From Candidatus Izemoplasmatales bacterium (GTDB taxonomy: Bacteria; Bacillota_I; Bacilli_A; Izemoplasmatales; Hujiaoplasmataceae), in assembly GCA_050177605.1 (NCBI GenBank), contig JBFXGX010000001.1:79059-143058 (forward strand): a stretch of 64,000 nt of DNA, read 5' to 3'. Both the position numbers and the translations under genes were made by a program. The notes beneath the pieces are model-generated. The model saw only the letters and a list, made by a program, of their open reading frames with translations. It made no database searches and was not told where the DNA came from. Positions 38,205 through 48,078 of this stretch are shown here, piece after piece; the first letter of the stretch is position 1; each line of letters starts with the position of its first letter.

Positions 38205-38516
38205 ATGAGAGTATTTTCGGATATCGGTTTTATTTTTAGTGGAATCACAATATTGCTTTATATATATCAAATCTCAAAGAGAAATCTTCCTAACTGGATT
38301 TTATATATTCCTTCAGTCGTTATGGGGTTTGTCGGAATCCTCTTTGTCATAATGATTTATGTCTACGATGCGCAGGGAGTTGAAGGATGCATCGATTATT
38401 CAATCGACACTTGTATGAATTACCAAGTTGTTCATACTTTCTGGGGATTGTTTATTTTTCTAGCACTCCTATCAAGTGTTTTTAATTACTTGATCAATCG
38501 TTTCTTCAAATTTTAA
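38205..38516 (+). CDS. Small 3-TM membrane protein of unknown function
   Basis: GAGGTG RBS, own promoter and terminator, three hydrophobic helices. Confidence 0.7.
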   Translation: MRVFSDIGFIFSGITILLYIYQISKRNLPNWILYIPSVVMGFVGILFVIMIYVYDAQGVEGCIDYSIDTCMNYQVVHTFWGLFIFLALLSSVFNYLINRFFKF

Positions 38517-38535
38517 ACGAGTTTACTCGTTTTTT

Positions 38536-39804
38536 TTATATGATGTGCTCGGTTTTTGATAGAGATGAAATTGTTCCATTCATCTTGCTTTTTACCTTTT
38601 GATACTTGTGTTCATAACTAATCGCGTCCTTATATCGTTTATGACTTGAAAGTACACTAACAATTTCATCCGTAATTTTTCTCATAAAATAGAGATTCTG
38701 TTGGCTTTCTGCAAATGGTAGACAATATTCAATCAAATAATCCTTGTAAAGCCATTCGCTTTTCTTTCTTACTTGATGTAGTTCATAGAAATTAATACTA
38801 TATTCACCAACATTTTGATAGTAGGTTTGGAGCAGTTTTTCATACTGCTCTTTTTTTACTTGATTCTCTTTTTTATCATAGACCTTCATAATAGTATAAA
38901 GTAACAAAGGATAATAAGAATGCATTTCATCGATATGTTTTAAGTATTGCTCTGGACGTTTTGTGTTCTTCATCAAAAATAAAAGATATTCAACAAAATC
39001 ATTATGTGAAACAAAAGTGGATATTGAATTAGGAATATGCATTTGCTCCCTTCCTTCGTAATAACGGAATAAATTCATATATACACTCATTTCTTCAACC
39101 CTTTTTGTCGCACCACTTGCGATAAAAATATTTTTTGCATTATCGTATCCATCTCGAGAAATATTAAACAAATGCAATTTGCCATAAATTACAAATTTCG
39201 CATATTCAAAAAGGCCGAATATCATCTCATTCATGGAATGGTACTCTATCGATTGCTCATAAATATTTCTTGCAGTTGTATAATCGTGAATCAGCAAGTT
39301 ATAGTAGATTGCATAGATTGCATAGATTGTAAATCCATAGTCTTCAATTGAACACAAATATCGATGTAATTCGTTATAAGCTATCCCTGCTTTGATGGTG
39401 TCGCCCACCATAACAAAGTAACCAAAACGTGCAATCTCAATGAGAATTCCATATTCATACTTCAATGAATCTTCATAGAGAATCTGAAACCCACTGAAGT
39501 CTAGTCGAAAGAAATGGACAAGTGATTCTTCGAGAATATCAAGCATCTCCTCTGGTAAACTGTATACATCTGATGATATATCAATTCGCTCCATGATCAT
39601 GAACAAACTATCTTTGTTGATAGAAATAGCATTATGCTCTATTTTCGATAAGTAGGTATGAGAAACGATACCCCTTGATAATTCTTCTTGCGTCAATTTC
39701 TTTTCAATTCTTTTCTTTCTTATCAAACTTCCAATTTCTGTGTAATAATGCTTTAAGATAATTTCTCTTCTTCGAACTAAATCACTTTTTAAATGCTTAA
39801 TCAT
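38536..39804 (-). CDS. XRE-HTH plus helical/TPR-like regulator (RRNPP: NprR/PlcR-like)
   Basis: IGSLIRKKR...LTQEELSRGIVSHTYLSKIE, then about 350 aa of Tyr-rich helical repeats; start MIKHLK after GGGGG RBS. Confidence 0.75.
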   Translation of the reverse strand: MIKHLKSDLVRRREIILKHYYTEIGSLIRKKRIEKKLTQEELSRGIVSHTYLSKIEHNAISINKDSLFMIMERIDISSDVYSLPEEMLDILEESLVHFFRLDFSGFQILYEDSLKYEYGILIEIARFGYFVMVGDTIKAGIAYNELHRYLCSIEDYGFTIYAIYAIYYNLLIHDYTTARNIYEQSIEYHSMNEMIFGLFEYAKFVIYGKLHLFNISRDGYDNAKNIFIASGATKRVEEMSVYMNLFRYYEGREQMHIPNSISTFVSHNDFVEYLLFLMKNTKRPEQYLKHIDEMHSYYPLLLYTIMKVYDKKENQVKKEQYEKLLQTYYQNVGEYSINFYELHQVRKKSEWLYKDYLIEYCLPFAESQQNLYFMRKITDEIVSVLSSHKRYKDAISYEHKYQKVKSKMNGTISSLSKTEHII

Positions 39805-39958
39805 TTCAATGCCCCCACATATAATAAATATAAATTCATTGTTTTCACCATTAAACGATAATGACAATTACGATTATACCGAATTAGTACTTAAAAATAA
39901 AGATTTTTTTATTGAAAAATATTTTTGATTATTCAACCAAATAAAAAAAACACCATTT

Positions 39959-40588
39959 TTAATTAGGAAATGGTGTTTTACATATCGATACTAAAGGGCA
40001 TTTATCGCACATTGGTTTTTGTGCTTTACAGAAATATCTCCCAAAGAAAATGAGTTTATGATGCATCTCAATCCAGAGATCCTTTGGGAATTTCTTCATC
40101 AGTTTTTCTTCAATTTTTAATACGCTATCCGTGGCCTTTGCTAGCCCCAAACGAACACTTACTCTTTCAACATGGGTGTCAACTGCAATTCTAGGAACGT
40201 GATAATACTCTGCTAAAAATACATTCGCAGTCTTTCTACCGACTCCAGGAAGAAGGACTAACTCTTCAAGTTTTGAAGGGAACACTCCATGATAAGTTTC
40301 TTTCATCATCAAAGCCATTAATTTGATATTCTTTGCTTTATTCTTATATAGTCCTAAATGTCGTATGACATTTTCAACATCCTCAACAGGTGCATTGATG
40401 TAATCTTCTAGTGTGCGATATTTTCCAAATAAATGTACCGTCACTTTATTGACTGCATTATCTGTTGTTTGAGCGCTTAGCATAATCGATATAAGTAGCT
40501 CAAGTGGGTTCGAATAGTTTAATTCACAGTGTGCATCAGGGAACAGATCAGAAACCGCTAAATATATTTGATTTACTCTATCGGTCAT
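39959..40588 (-). CDS. nth: Endonuclease III
   Basis: LSAQTTD, LPGVGRKTA (HhH), VDTHV, C-x6-C-x2-C-x5-C. Confidence 0.96.
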   Translation of the reverse strand: MTDRVNQIYLAVSDLFPDAHCELNYSNPLELLISIMLSAQTTDNAVNKVTVHLFGKYRTLEDYINAPVEDVENVIRHLGLYKNKAKNIKLMALMMKETYHGVFPSKLEELVLLPGVGRKTANVFLAEYYHVPRIAVDTHVERVSVRLGLAKATDSVLKIEEKLMKKFPKDLWIEMHHKLIFFGRYFCKAQKPMCDKCPLVSICKTPFPN

Positions 40589-41250
40589 TTTTGTTCAAAC
40601 GATCCTAAAAATGATTTTAACGCCTCTGATTTCTCTTGTTTTTCTGATTTTACTGTTGTTTTCTTTAATGCATTTCTTCGCTTAAGTAACATCGTGTCGA
40701 CATAACTCATAGAGAATTTATTCGCTTTCAAAGCATCAAGCAATGCTTGTTTGATATCCATCAATTGATAATTATCTTGTTCCAGCCACTTTTGAATCAT
40801 CTCAATATCGAGCGGCTTTAGTTGCTTATGAAACTGTGTTTCAATGATGACTGCCACTTCTTCAGCTTCTGTTTGATAAGAGCCACTCATATCAAAAAAT
40901 TCCTCTTTCACTTTTGATTCAACGGAAGCAAGTAATTTTTTAATCACTTCATCAATTAAAAAAACCTCTTTTTCTTTTCCGTTTTTTTGTTTCACAAATG
41001 AAATAGTTAAATATCCTTTTTTTAGTAAACCATCAAGAATGACTAATAATTCATCTTTTGCAATGGTCATTTTTTTCTCGAGTGTTGAAGGATTTAAAAA
41101 TGTATTCCCTAGTTTTAATTCTTTATATAACTCTAAAATAACAAAAGCTTCCATTTCTGAAAGTACGATGTCTTTATAATAGGTCATTAATAATTTAGGA
41201 AAATCTAATATTTGATCATCCATTAATTTTTTAACTAGCGCAATATTCAT
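40585..41250 (-). CDS. dnaD: DnaD domain replication protein
   Basis: N-terminal wHTH-like region, C-terminal L..LDIEMIQKW...YVD motif; adjacent to nth as in Bacillus. Confidence 0.8.
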   Translation of the reverse strand: MNIALVKKLMDDQILDFPKLLMTYYKDIVLSEMEAFVILELYKELKLGNTFLNPSTLEKKMTIAKDELLVILDGLLKKGYLTISFVKQKNGKEKEVFLIDEVIKKLLASVESKVKEEFFDMSGSYQTEAEEVAVIIETQFHKQLKPLDIEMIQKWLEQDNYQLMDIKQALLDALKANKFSMSYVDTMLLKRRNALKKTTVKSEKQEKSEALKSFLGSFEQK

Positions 41251-41271
41251 TGAAATCCCCATTCTATACTT

Positions 41272-41949
41272 TTATTTAGCTAATATATCCAAAGTTGCTT
41301 TCGCAGCATTTTGTTCGGCTTCTTTTTTCGTTTTACCTTTTCCTTCACCCATAATGAGTCTTTCATCATCCATTGTCACTCTCGCAACAAACTCTTTTTC
41401 ATGTGCTGGGCCAGTTTCAGATATAATTTCATAATTTAAGGTTCTTTTGTCTGACTGAACTAATTCCTGAAGTTTTGACTTAAAGTCGCTATCTTCTTGA
41501 TTGATATTTTTATCAATCACAGGAAAAACCACTTTTTCAAGAACTTTATATACTTCATCAAGACCTTTATCAAGGAAGATAGCACCTAAAAAAGCTTCAA
41601 AAGCATCTGCGATTACGGCAGGTTTTTGTCTTCCACCATTTTTTTCTTCGCCTTTTCCTAGAAGAATATAATCTCCTAAATGAAAACTATTTGCATATTG
41701 AAATAAAGATTGCTCACAAACTTCTTGTGCGCGCTTTTTTGTAAGAACACCCTCAGCTTCATTAATGTGTTCAAACAAATATTTTCCTACGGCTAAATCA
41801 ATTACAGCATCGCCAATGAACTCTAAACGCTCATTGCTTTTCGTATTGTTTTCATTCGCATAGGAACTATGAGTCATCGAACGGACCAACAACTCATATT
41901 TATTAAATTGTAAATTAAACATCCGTTCAAGTTCTCTTAGTTTATTCAT
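41272..41949 (-). CDS. rnc: Ribonuclease III
   Basis: NERLEFIGDA, ADAFEA, C-terminal dsRBD. Confidence 0.96.
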   Translation of the reverse strand: MNKLRELERMFNLQFNKYELLVRSMTHSSYANENNTKSNERLEFIGDAVIDLAVGKYLFEHINEAEGVLTKKRAQEVCEQSLFQYANSFHLGDYILLGKGEEKNGGRQKPAVIADAFEAFLGAIFLDKGLDEVYKVLEKVVFPVIDKNINQEDSDFKSKLQELVQSDKRTLNYEIISETGPAHEKEFVARVTMDDERLIMGEGKGKTKKEAEQNAAKATLDILAK

Positions 41950-42955
41950 CGCCTAATGTCTCTTTGGTTTCTTCTAAATATTTTTCTACTTTTGGGAATA
42001 CTTCATTTCTTACAATCGTCGCAGCTTGACGTATTCCATTATAAAATCCATATGCTTTGGAAGCTCCTTGGGCTTTGATGACTGGTCCATATAGACCATA
42101 AATGAGAGCTCCACCAATCTCTTCAGCGGAAATCGCTTTTTTGAAGTTGCTCAAACTTTTCTTTGCAAATAATGCGCCAATCATACCAAAGACATTTGCT
42201 TTCAGCTGTTGTTTCAAAATTTCTCCCATACCTTTGGCTGTTCCTTCAATGGTCTTCATTACGATATTCGCAGTAAATCCATCGGAAATTAAAATATCAC
42301 AAGGAGGGTTTAATACTTGTTTTGGTTCAACGTTACCATAAAATTCAAAAAGATCTGTCTCTTTAAATAAAGCAAATACTTCTTTATCAAGTTCTCTTCC
42401 TTTGCCATCTTCAGTTCCAATATTAATTAAACCAACAACAGGATTTTCTCGATTTAATACTTCTTTTGCATATACAACCGCAAAATATGCCTGTTGGAGC
42501 ATATGTTCAGGACGAATTTCCAAATTCGCTCCACTATCTAAAAGAATTGTACCTCGCCCATCGACGCTAGGGATAACTGGTGCGATAGCTGTTCTTTTAA
42601 ATCCCTTCATACGGCGTACTAAAAGGTGTGCTCCAGAGATAAGCGCTTGGGTTGCGCCACTACTTACTACAGCATCACTTTCATTATTTCTTAGCGATGA
42701 CAATGCTGAAGCCATCGATGAATCTGGATGATCTTTAATCGCTTTAATCGGATTCTTTTCACCCATAGGAATAACATAATTGGTTTGAATAATATGAATT
42801 CGTTCTTCGACAGTTAAATACTTACGGATTTCTGTTTCATCACCGTAAAGGTTAATCTCGATATCTGGAATTAATTTAACCGCAAGCATTGCACCTTCGA
42901 CTTGTTCTTTTGGGGCGTAGTCTCCACCCATTGCATCTACACCAATTCTAATCAT
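41942..42955 (-). CDS. plsX: Phosphate acyltransferase
   Basis: VDAMGGDYAP, LDSGAN, NIGTE..KG, DGFTAN. Confidence 0.95.
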   Translation of the reverse strand: MIRIGVDAMGGDYAPKEQVEGAMLAVKLIPDIEINLYGDETEIRKYLTVEERIHIIQTNYVIPMGEKNPIKAIKDHPDSSMASALSSLRNNESDAVVSSGATQALISGAHLLVRRMKGFKRTAIAPVIPSVDGRGTILLDSGANLEIRPEHMLQQAYFAVVYAKEVLNRENPVVGLINIGTEDGKGRELDKEVFALFKETDLFEFYGNVEPKQVLNPPCDILISDGFTANIVMKTIEGTAKGMGEILKQQLKANVFGMIGALFAKKSLSNFKKAISAEEIGGALIYGLYGPVIKAQGASKAYGFYNGIRQAATIVRNEVFPKVEKYLEETKETLGDE

Positions 42956-42993
42956 GGTTGTCACCTCTTTATACTAGATAAGTATATCATAAT

Positions 42994-44994
42994 TTAATCA
43001 ATTTGATAAGTATCTATATTTTTCTTTATCTTGTTAATTTTATTTATTGAAATGGCGTCATTTAGAGATAATAATTCATTTGTATCCTCAATTACTTGTT
43101 CGATTAATGGTTGATCAGTCATAAAATTAACCATTCGAAATTTAGGAATTCCCGTTTGAACATAGCCAAATATTTCCCCAGGTCCTCGAAATGATAAGTC
43201 TGCTTCACTGATTTTAAATCCATCCGTTGTTTCTTTGAGAACAGCTAGTCTTTGTTCTTCTTCCAATGGCTTGTCACTAATAAAATGGCAATAGGCTTGA
43301 TCTTTACTTCTGCCTACTCTTCCACGTAACTGATGTAATTGACTGAGTCCAAATCCAGAAGCATTAAATACCATCATATAAGTTGCATTGGGAACATTCA
43401 CACCAACTTCTACAACAGTTGTAGAAACTAAAACTTGTGTTTTATTTTGATAAAAACGAGAAAGCACATCCTCTTTTTCAGCATTTTTCAATTTTCCATG
43501 AAGTATCTCAATATTGTATTCATCAGGTATGGAATCCTTGATTATTTCATAAGCTTCTTTGACAGAAATAGAGATTGAATTTTCATTTTCTTCAATCAGT
43601 GGAGCGATGACATACGCTTGGTGTCCTGCTTCAAGTTCACGCTGTAACAGTAAAATCCCTTGATCTAGATTTTCATAAGGGATGATATCTGTCTGTACAG
43701 GTTTTCTTCCTGAAGGCATCTGGTGAATCGATGAAATATCCATATCATTGAATAATGTGATGGCAAGTGTTCTAGGAATCGGTGTTGCGGACATCATCAA
43801 CACTTCGGGATGCCAACCTTTTTCTCTAATTGTTTTTCTTTGTTCTACACCAAATCGATGTTGCTCGTCGATAATGACAAGTCCTAGCGAATCAAACGAA
43901 ATATCTTGTTGAATCAAGGAATGGGTTCCAACAATAATATCAATTTGATGAGTCTTTAATTCGCCCATTATCCTAGCTCTTTCTTTTGCACTTACACTGC
44001 TGCTAATAAAGGCGACTCGAACAGGAAAGCCCGAGAATAGGGAAAGAACAGTTTGATAGTGTTGCATTGCAAGGATCTCAGTGGGAGCCATAAATGCCAC
44101 TTGATCACCTGCAGTGATGATGGCATAGGCCGCAATTAATGCAACGACAGTTTTCCCACTGCCTACATCTCCTTGAAGGAGTCTATTCATTGCATAGGGT
44201 GATTTGAAATCTTTAAAAATATCATTTGTGGCCTCTTTTTGGTCAGCCGTTAATTCAAAGGGTAGAGAAGCAATCCATTCTTTGACTTTTGATATATCAT
44301 ATCTTTTCTTCGTCAGTGGCACTTGTTGTCGTAACTGTTTCATTAAGGATAATCTTAAGAAAAAATCGAGAAGTTCCTCATATTTAATTCGATTCGTCGC
44401 TAACGTGATATCCTCTAGTTGTTTCGGAAAATGAATTAGTGGATAAACTTCCTTTGAAGTTGTTAATGATCTTTTTTGTATCATCGAATAGGGAATGGTT
44501 TCATCTACCCAAAAATCCTTTTGATCCAAAATCGCACGAACCCATTTTGAAAAGTTCTTGCTAGAAATATCCTTTAAAGGATACTGAGGGATAATCCCTT
44601 CAATATAATTCTTTTTTTTCACAACATCATGCGCAATGAAATCATTTTTTGATTGGAACTTTCCTGAAAAGACAATATCTTCTCCGACGAAAAGTGTCCC
44701 CGCGAGAAACTCTCTATTAAAAATCGAAACACTGAATTCTTGATCAATCACACTAACTGAAATCGTCAATTTCGTCAATTTTCTTCGAATATAGTAAATT
44801 TTAGGTTTTTTGAGAATTTTCCCAACAAGCGTTAGTTCTTGTTTATAAAATCTCTCTTCCAAATCATCGATATGTTGAATGACATATTTCGATGGAAAAA
44901 ACTGTACCAATTCGGTACAGTCATTGATTCCTACATCAACGAGTTTTTGAAGTGTAGTTTCACCGATTCCCTTTACTTTCAATAATTCATTCAT
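42994..44994 (-). CDS. recG: ATP-dependent DNA helicase RecG
   Basis: LLQGDVGSGKT, DEQHRFG, SATPIPRT, QLRGRVGR. Confidence 0.96.
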   Translation of the reverse strand: MNELLKVKGIGETTLQKLVDVGINDCTELVQFFPSKYVIQHIDDLEERFYKQELTLVGKILKKPKIYYIRRKLTKLTISVSVIDQEFSVSIFNREFLAGTLFVGEDIVFSGKFQSKNDFIAHDVVKKKNYIEGIIPQYPLKDISSKNFSKWVRAILDQKDFWVDETIPYSMIQKRSLTTSKEVYPLIHFPKQLEDITLATNRIKYEELLDFFLRLSLMKQLRQQVPLTKKRYDISKVKEWIASLPFELTADQKEATNDIFKDFKSPYAMNRLLQGDVGSGKTVVALIAAYAIITAGDQVAFMAPTEILAMQHYQTVLSLFSGFPVRVAFISSSVSAKERARIMGELKTHQIDIIVGTHSLIQQDISFDSLGLVIIDEQHRFGVEQRKTIREKGWHPEVLMMSATPIPRTLAITLFNDMDISSIHQMPSGRKPVQTDIIPYENLDQGILLLQRELEAGHQAYVIAPLIEENENSISISVKEAYEIIKDSIPDEYNIEILHGKLKNAEKEDVLSRFYQNKTQVLVSTTVVEVGVNVPNATYMMVFNASGFGLSQLHQLRGRVGRSKDQAYCHFISDKPLEEEQRLAVLKETTDGFKISEADLSFRGPGEIFGYVQTGIPKFRMVNFMTDQPLIEQVIEDTNELLSLNDAISINKINKIKKNIDTYQID

Positions 44995-45047
44995 CTATAT
45001 GCACCCAAAAATAATATATACAAAAAAAGGGTATTTTTCAATACCCT

Positions 45048-46718
45048 TTACTCAACAGCAATAATATAAGAATAAATATCTTGTCCGCCTTCGATTACTT
45101 CAAGTTCTGCACTGAAGTTTTCTTCGACGAAATTTGTAACTTCTTCAAGTTCAACTTCATCAACACCTTCACCAACCATCAACGTGACAATTTCTGATTT
45201 TTGATCGATTAATGATGTAAGTAATTGTTTTGTAGCATCAATTCTGTTTGGCATCGAAACAACGATTTTACCATCTTGAATTCCCATATAATCGTCTTTA
45301 TTGATGTTCACACCATTATTTGTTGATTGACGAATGGCATAAGTAATTTCTCCAGTTTTTACATCTTGAATATGGTCTTGCATTTCAGCAAGATTTGTTT
45401 CCACATCCTGTGTTGCATCAAACATTGTTAATGCCGCATACCCTTGAGAAATGGTTTTTGCTGGAAGAACGAATACTTGTTTATCTTCAATAATTTTCGC
45501 AGCGGTTTCAGCTGATAATAATACGTTTTTATTGTTTGGAATTAAAATGATATAATCGGCATTGATCGTTTCACATGCACTTACGAAATCTTCGATAGAT
45601 GGATTCATCGTTTGTCCACCTTCGATGATATAATCGCATCCCATTTCGATGAATGTATCTTTTAATCCGTCGCCATTTACCACTGCAACAAGTGCGTATT
45701 TTTTCTTCATCTTTGGTGCTACACCATAAGAATGCTCATGCCCACATTGGCAAGCATCTTCTTCTGGCTGATGAATTAAAACTTCAGTATGTTGAAGAGT
45801 CATATTTTCAATTTTGATATTGATGAAATGGCCCCAATGTTGCGCTAAGTTTAAAGCGTCTCCAGGTGTTTTTGTATGGACATGAACCTTTAAGATGTTT
45901 TCATCTTGAACAACAACAAGTGAGTCACCAAGTCCGCCAATAAGATGTGTGAAATCTTTTTGATTAAACTCATCCATTTTTTCGATTTGCATAATAAATT
46001 CTGTACAGTACCCAAAGTCGATATCACCATGGAAACCTTCAAAATTCATATGAACTTGAGGTGCTTTCGCTTTTGGTTCTTCGTCAGAAAGTTTATAAAC
46101 TTTTCCAAGAATACCGTCATACATTCCTTCAACAATTTCAATATATCCAGCACCACCAGAATCAACTACTCCTACTTCTTTTAACACAGGAAGTAAGTCT
46201 GGTGTTCTTTCAAGAGATGCATATAATTCATCAATATAATGTTTAAATAATTCGTTAAAATCAGCAACACTTTCCGATACAGAAATAGCGCGGTCAGCAC
46301 CTTCTCTAGCCACAGTAAGCATTGTTCCTTCTACAGGATTTATCACCGCTGTATACGCTTGTTCAACACCTTTACGAAGTGCCAAAGCGAATTCAGTGAC
46401 TGATACTGAATCTTTTTCCTTTAAGCCGTTTGCTAAACCACTGAAAAGTTGAGATAAAATAACGCCTGAATTTCCTCTCGCACCCATAAGCATTCCACGT
46501 GCCAAAATCTTCGCCATTGCGCCAATTGAAGCTTCTTCTGAGCTTGCGACAGCTTTTGCCCCAGCAGTCATTGTCGCAGACATATTCGATCCTGTATCTC
46601 CATCTGGAACAGGAAATACATTAAGTTGATTGATTCGTTCCATATTGTTTTTCAATTTAATACTACCGTTAATAGCAAGTTGTTTTAAACTCTGTCCGTT
46701 TAAGACAAGTGTGTCCAT
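45048..46718 (-). CDS. fakA: DAK2 domain fatty acid kinase catalytic subunit (FakA/YloV)
   Basis: NVFPVPDGDTGSNM, ARGNSG, VVDSGG, YCTEF, GGQTMNPS. Confidence 0.92.
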   Translation of the reverse strand: MDTLVLNGQSLKQLAINGSIKLKNNMERINQLNVFPVPDGDTGSNMSATMTAGAKAVASSEEASIGAMAKILARGMLMGARGNSGVILSQLFSGLANGLKEKDSVSVTEFALALRKGVEQAYTAVINPVEGTMLTVAREGADRAISVSESVADFNELFKHYIDELYASLERTPDLLPVLKEVGVVDSGGAGYIEIVEGMYDGILGKVYKLSDEEPKAKAPQVHMNFEGFHGDIDFGYCTEFIMQIEKMDEFNQKDFTHLIGGLGDSLVVVQDENILKVHVHTKTPGDALNLAQHWGHFINIKIENMTLQHTEVLIHQPEEDACQCGHEHSYGVAPKMKKKYALVAVVNGDGLKDTFIEMGCDYIIEGGQTMNPSIEDFVSACETINADYIILIPNNKNVLLSAETAAKIIEDKQVFVLPAKTISQGYAALTMFDATQDVETNLAEMQDHIQDVKTGEITYAIRQSTNNGVNINKDDYMGIQDGKIVVSMPNRIDATKQLLTSLIDQKSEIVTLMVGEGVDEVELEEVTNFVEENFSAELEVIEGGQDIYSYIIAVE

Positions 46719-46954
46719 AAGTTCCTCCGAATAAATATCGATTTTATGAGATAAATAGGTATAAAACTACGTTTTTGAATGTTTCCCAAAAAGCACTAAC
46801 ATTTTATCATATTTACTATGTAAAAGCAATAATTTTAAACCATCCTTACAATCTCTCCACAAGTGCAATAAAAAAAAGTAAATTTTTCTTGCTTTTTTAA
46901 GGCGGGACTGGTAAAATAATAATGCTGAAATCTTTACAGAAACGGAGTGATATC

Positions 46955-47146
46955 ATGCCAAGAGTATGTGCAGTTACAGGTAAAAAGTTCATGTCTGGTA
47001 ACCAACGTTCCCACTCAATGCGCGCAACAAGAAAATTGTGGAAAGCAAACCTACAAAAAGTAAGAATCGTAGATGAAAATGGCCAAGTCAAAAGAGTATA
47101 CGTTTCTGCGAGAGCATTAAAGAGCGGTAAAGTTACAAGAGCTTAA
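46955..47146 (+). CDS. rpmB: 50S ribosomal protein L28
   Basis: [15 protein letters not shown]...WKANLQ; GGAG RBS. Confidence 0.96.
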   Translation: MPRVCAVTGKKFMSGNQRSHSMRATRKLWKANLQKVRIVDENGQVKRVYVSARALKSGKVTRA

Positions 47147-47168
47147 TCTTAACTAAAAAACTTAAAAT

Positions 47169-47196
47169 AAAGACCTTCGATTGAAGGTCTTTTTTT
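47169..47196. terminator. Bidirectional terminator
   Basis: AAAGACCTTC-GATT-GAAGGTCTTTTTT. Confidence 0.8.
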
Positions 47197-48058
47197 AATT
47201 TTCTCTAAACAGATGTTCATTCAGTTTTAAATCTTTAATAAACGATATCATTGCCTCAAATTCCTCTTTATAAGAGTTAACCAACTCTTGCGATACTGGC
47301 TTAAAGGGTTTAATATCAAAATAGTCAATTCGTGAGTTAATCGCGATAAATAGTTTGCGGTCTAAAAAACTAAAGGTTATCTTATCAGAATACTCTCGGT
47401 CTAACTTTAGTAATTTTTCCATAAATTGAGGAGTTAGAATATAAAAAGCTTCATGATCATCTTTCGCATATACTTTTAAGTTTGAATTAAATTCTATCGA
47501 CTCTAGTTTGATTTTGTCATAGCCTTCAAACGGACGGAATTGCATTGGCTGAAGCACAAGCAGATTATAATAGAATGGTTTTGGAAAATCAAACTCATAG
47601 ATTCTACCTTGAAAAACAGTCACAACCGTCGTAGTTTTCCCATTACTATGTACATCTTGTTGATGCACATCAGCTGATCGGAACCGAACATCTTCATAGG
47701 TACCTGTAATTAAATCTTCACTATGATAGCGGTCCGATTTCTTTCGTAATTTTGACCCAAGAACTTCACTTTCATCAAACCCTTTAAGAGCATCATACTG
47801 GCTACCAGGCAATACTTTTTCAAGTTCTTCCTTCACATAAATACTTTTAAATGAATTGCTTAATTTTTTAATTTGCTTGGAAATGTAGCCTGCATAAATT
47901 CCTCCTCCTAGAAAAGGAATACCCACCAAAAAGAATGCTGAGGGGCCAATTGAAACCCCGAGAGGTATATAACAAATAAAAGCAATTCCAATGATGACAA
48001 AAGCAAAGACTAGTTTAGACTCAAGACGAGATTTTTTCTCATTAATTTGATCAAACAT
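47195..48058 (-). CDS. DUF3137 family membrane-anchored protein
   Basis: Two N-terminal TM; SEDLITG, VFQG, KLESIEFN, AFYILTPQFME. Confidence 0.8.
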   Translation of the reverse strand: MFDQINEKKSRLESKLVFAFVIIGIAFICYIPLGVSIGPSAFFLVGIPFLGGGIYAGYISKQIKKLSNSFKSIYVKEELEKVLPGSQYDALKGFDESEVLGSKLRKKSDRYHSEDLITGTYEDVRFRSADVHQQDVHSNGKTTTVVTVFQGRIYEFDFPKPFYYNLLVLQPMQFRPFEGYDKIKLESIEFNSNLKVYAKDDHEAFYILTPQFMEKLLKLDREYSDKITFSFLDRKLFIAINSRIDYFDIKPFKPVSQELVNSYKEEFEAMISFIKDLKLNEHLFREN

Positions 48059-48078
48059 AATTCCCCCTTAAAATAAAA

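Noticed and set aside
39805..39958. Candidate signalling-peptide ORFs upstream of the RRNPP-like regulator (MTITIIPN at 39861; a 39-codon ORF from 39809)
   Set aside because: No RBS and no signal-peptide character (no basic N-terminus plus hydrophobic core)
14897..47196. Shared AAAGACCTT...AAGGTCTTT stems at 14897 and 47169 as a REP-like repeat family
   Set aside because: Only two short copies with different loops, both explained as bidirectional terminators
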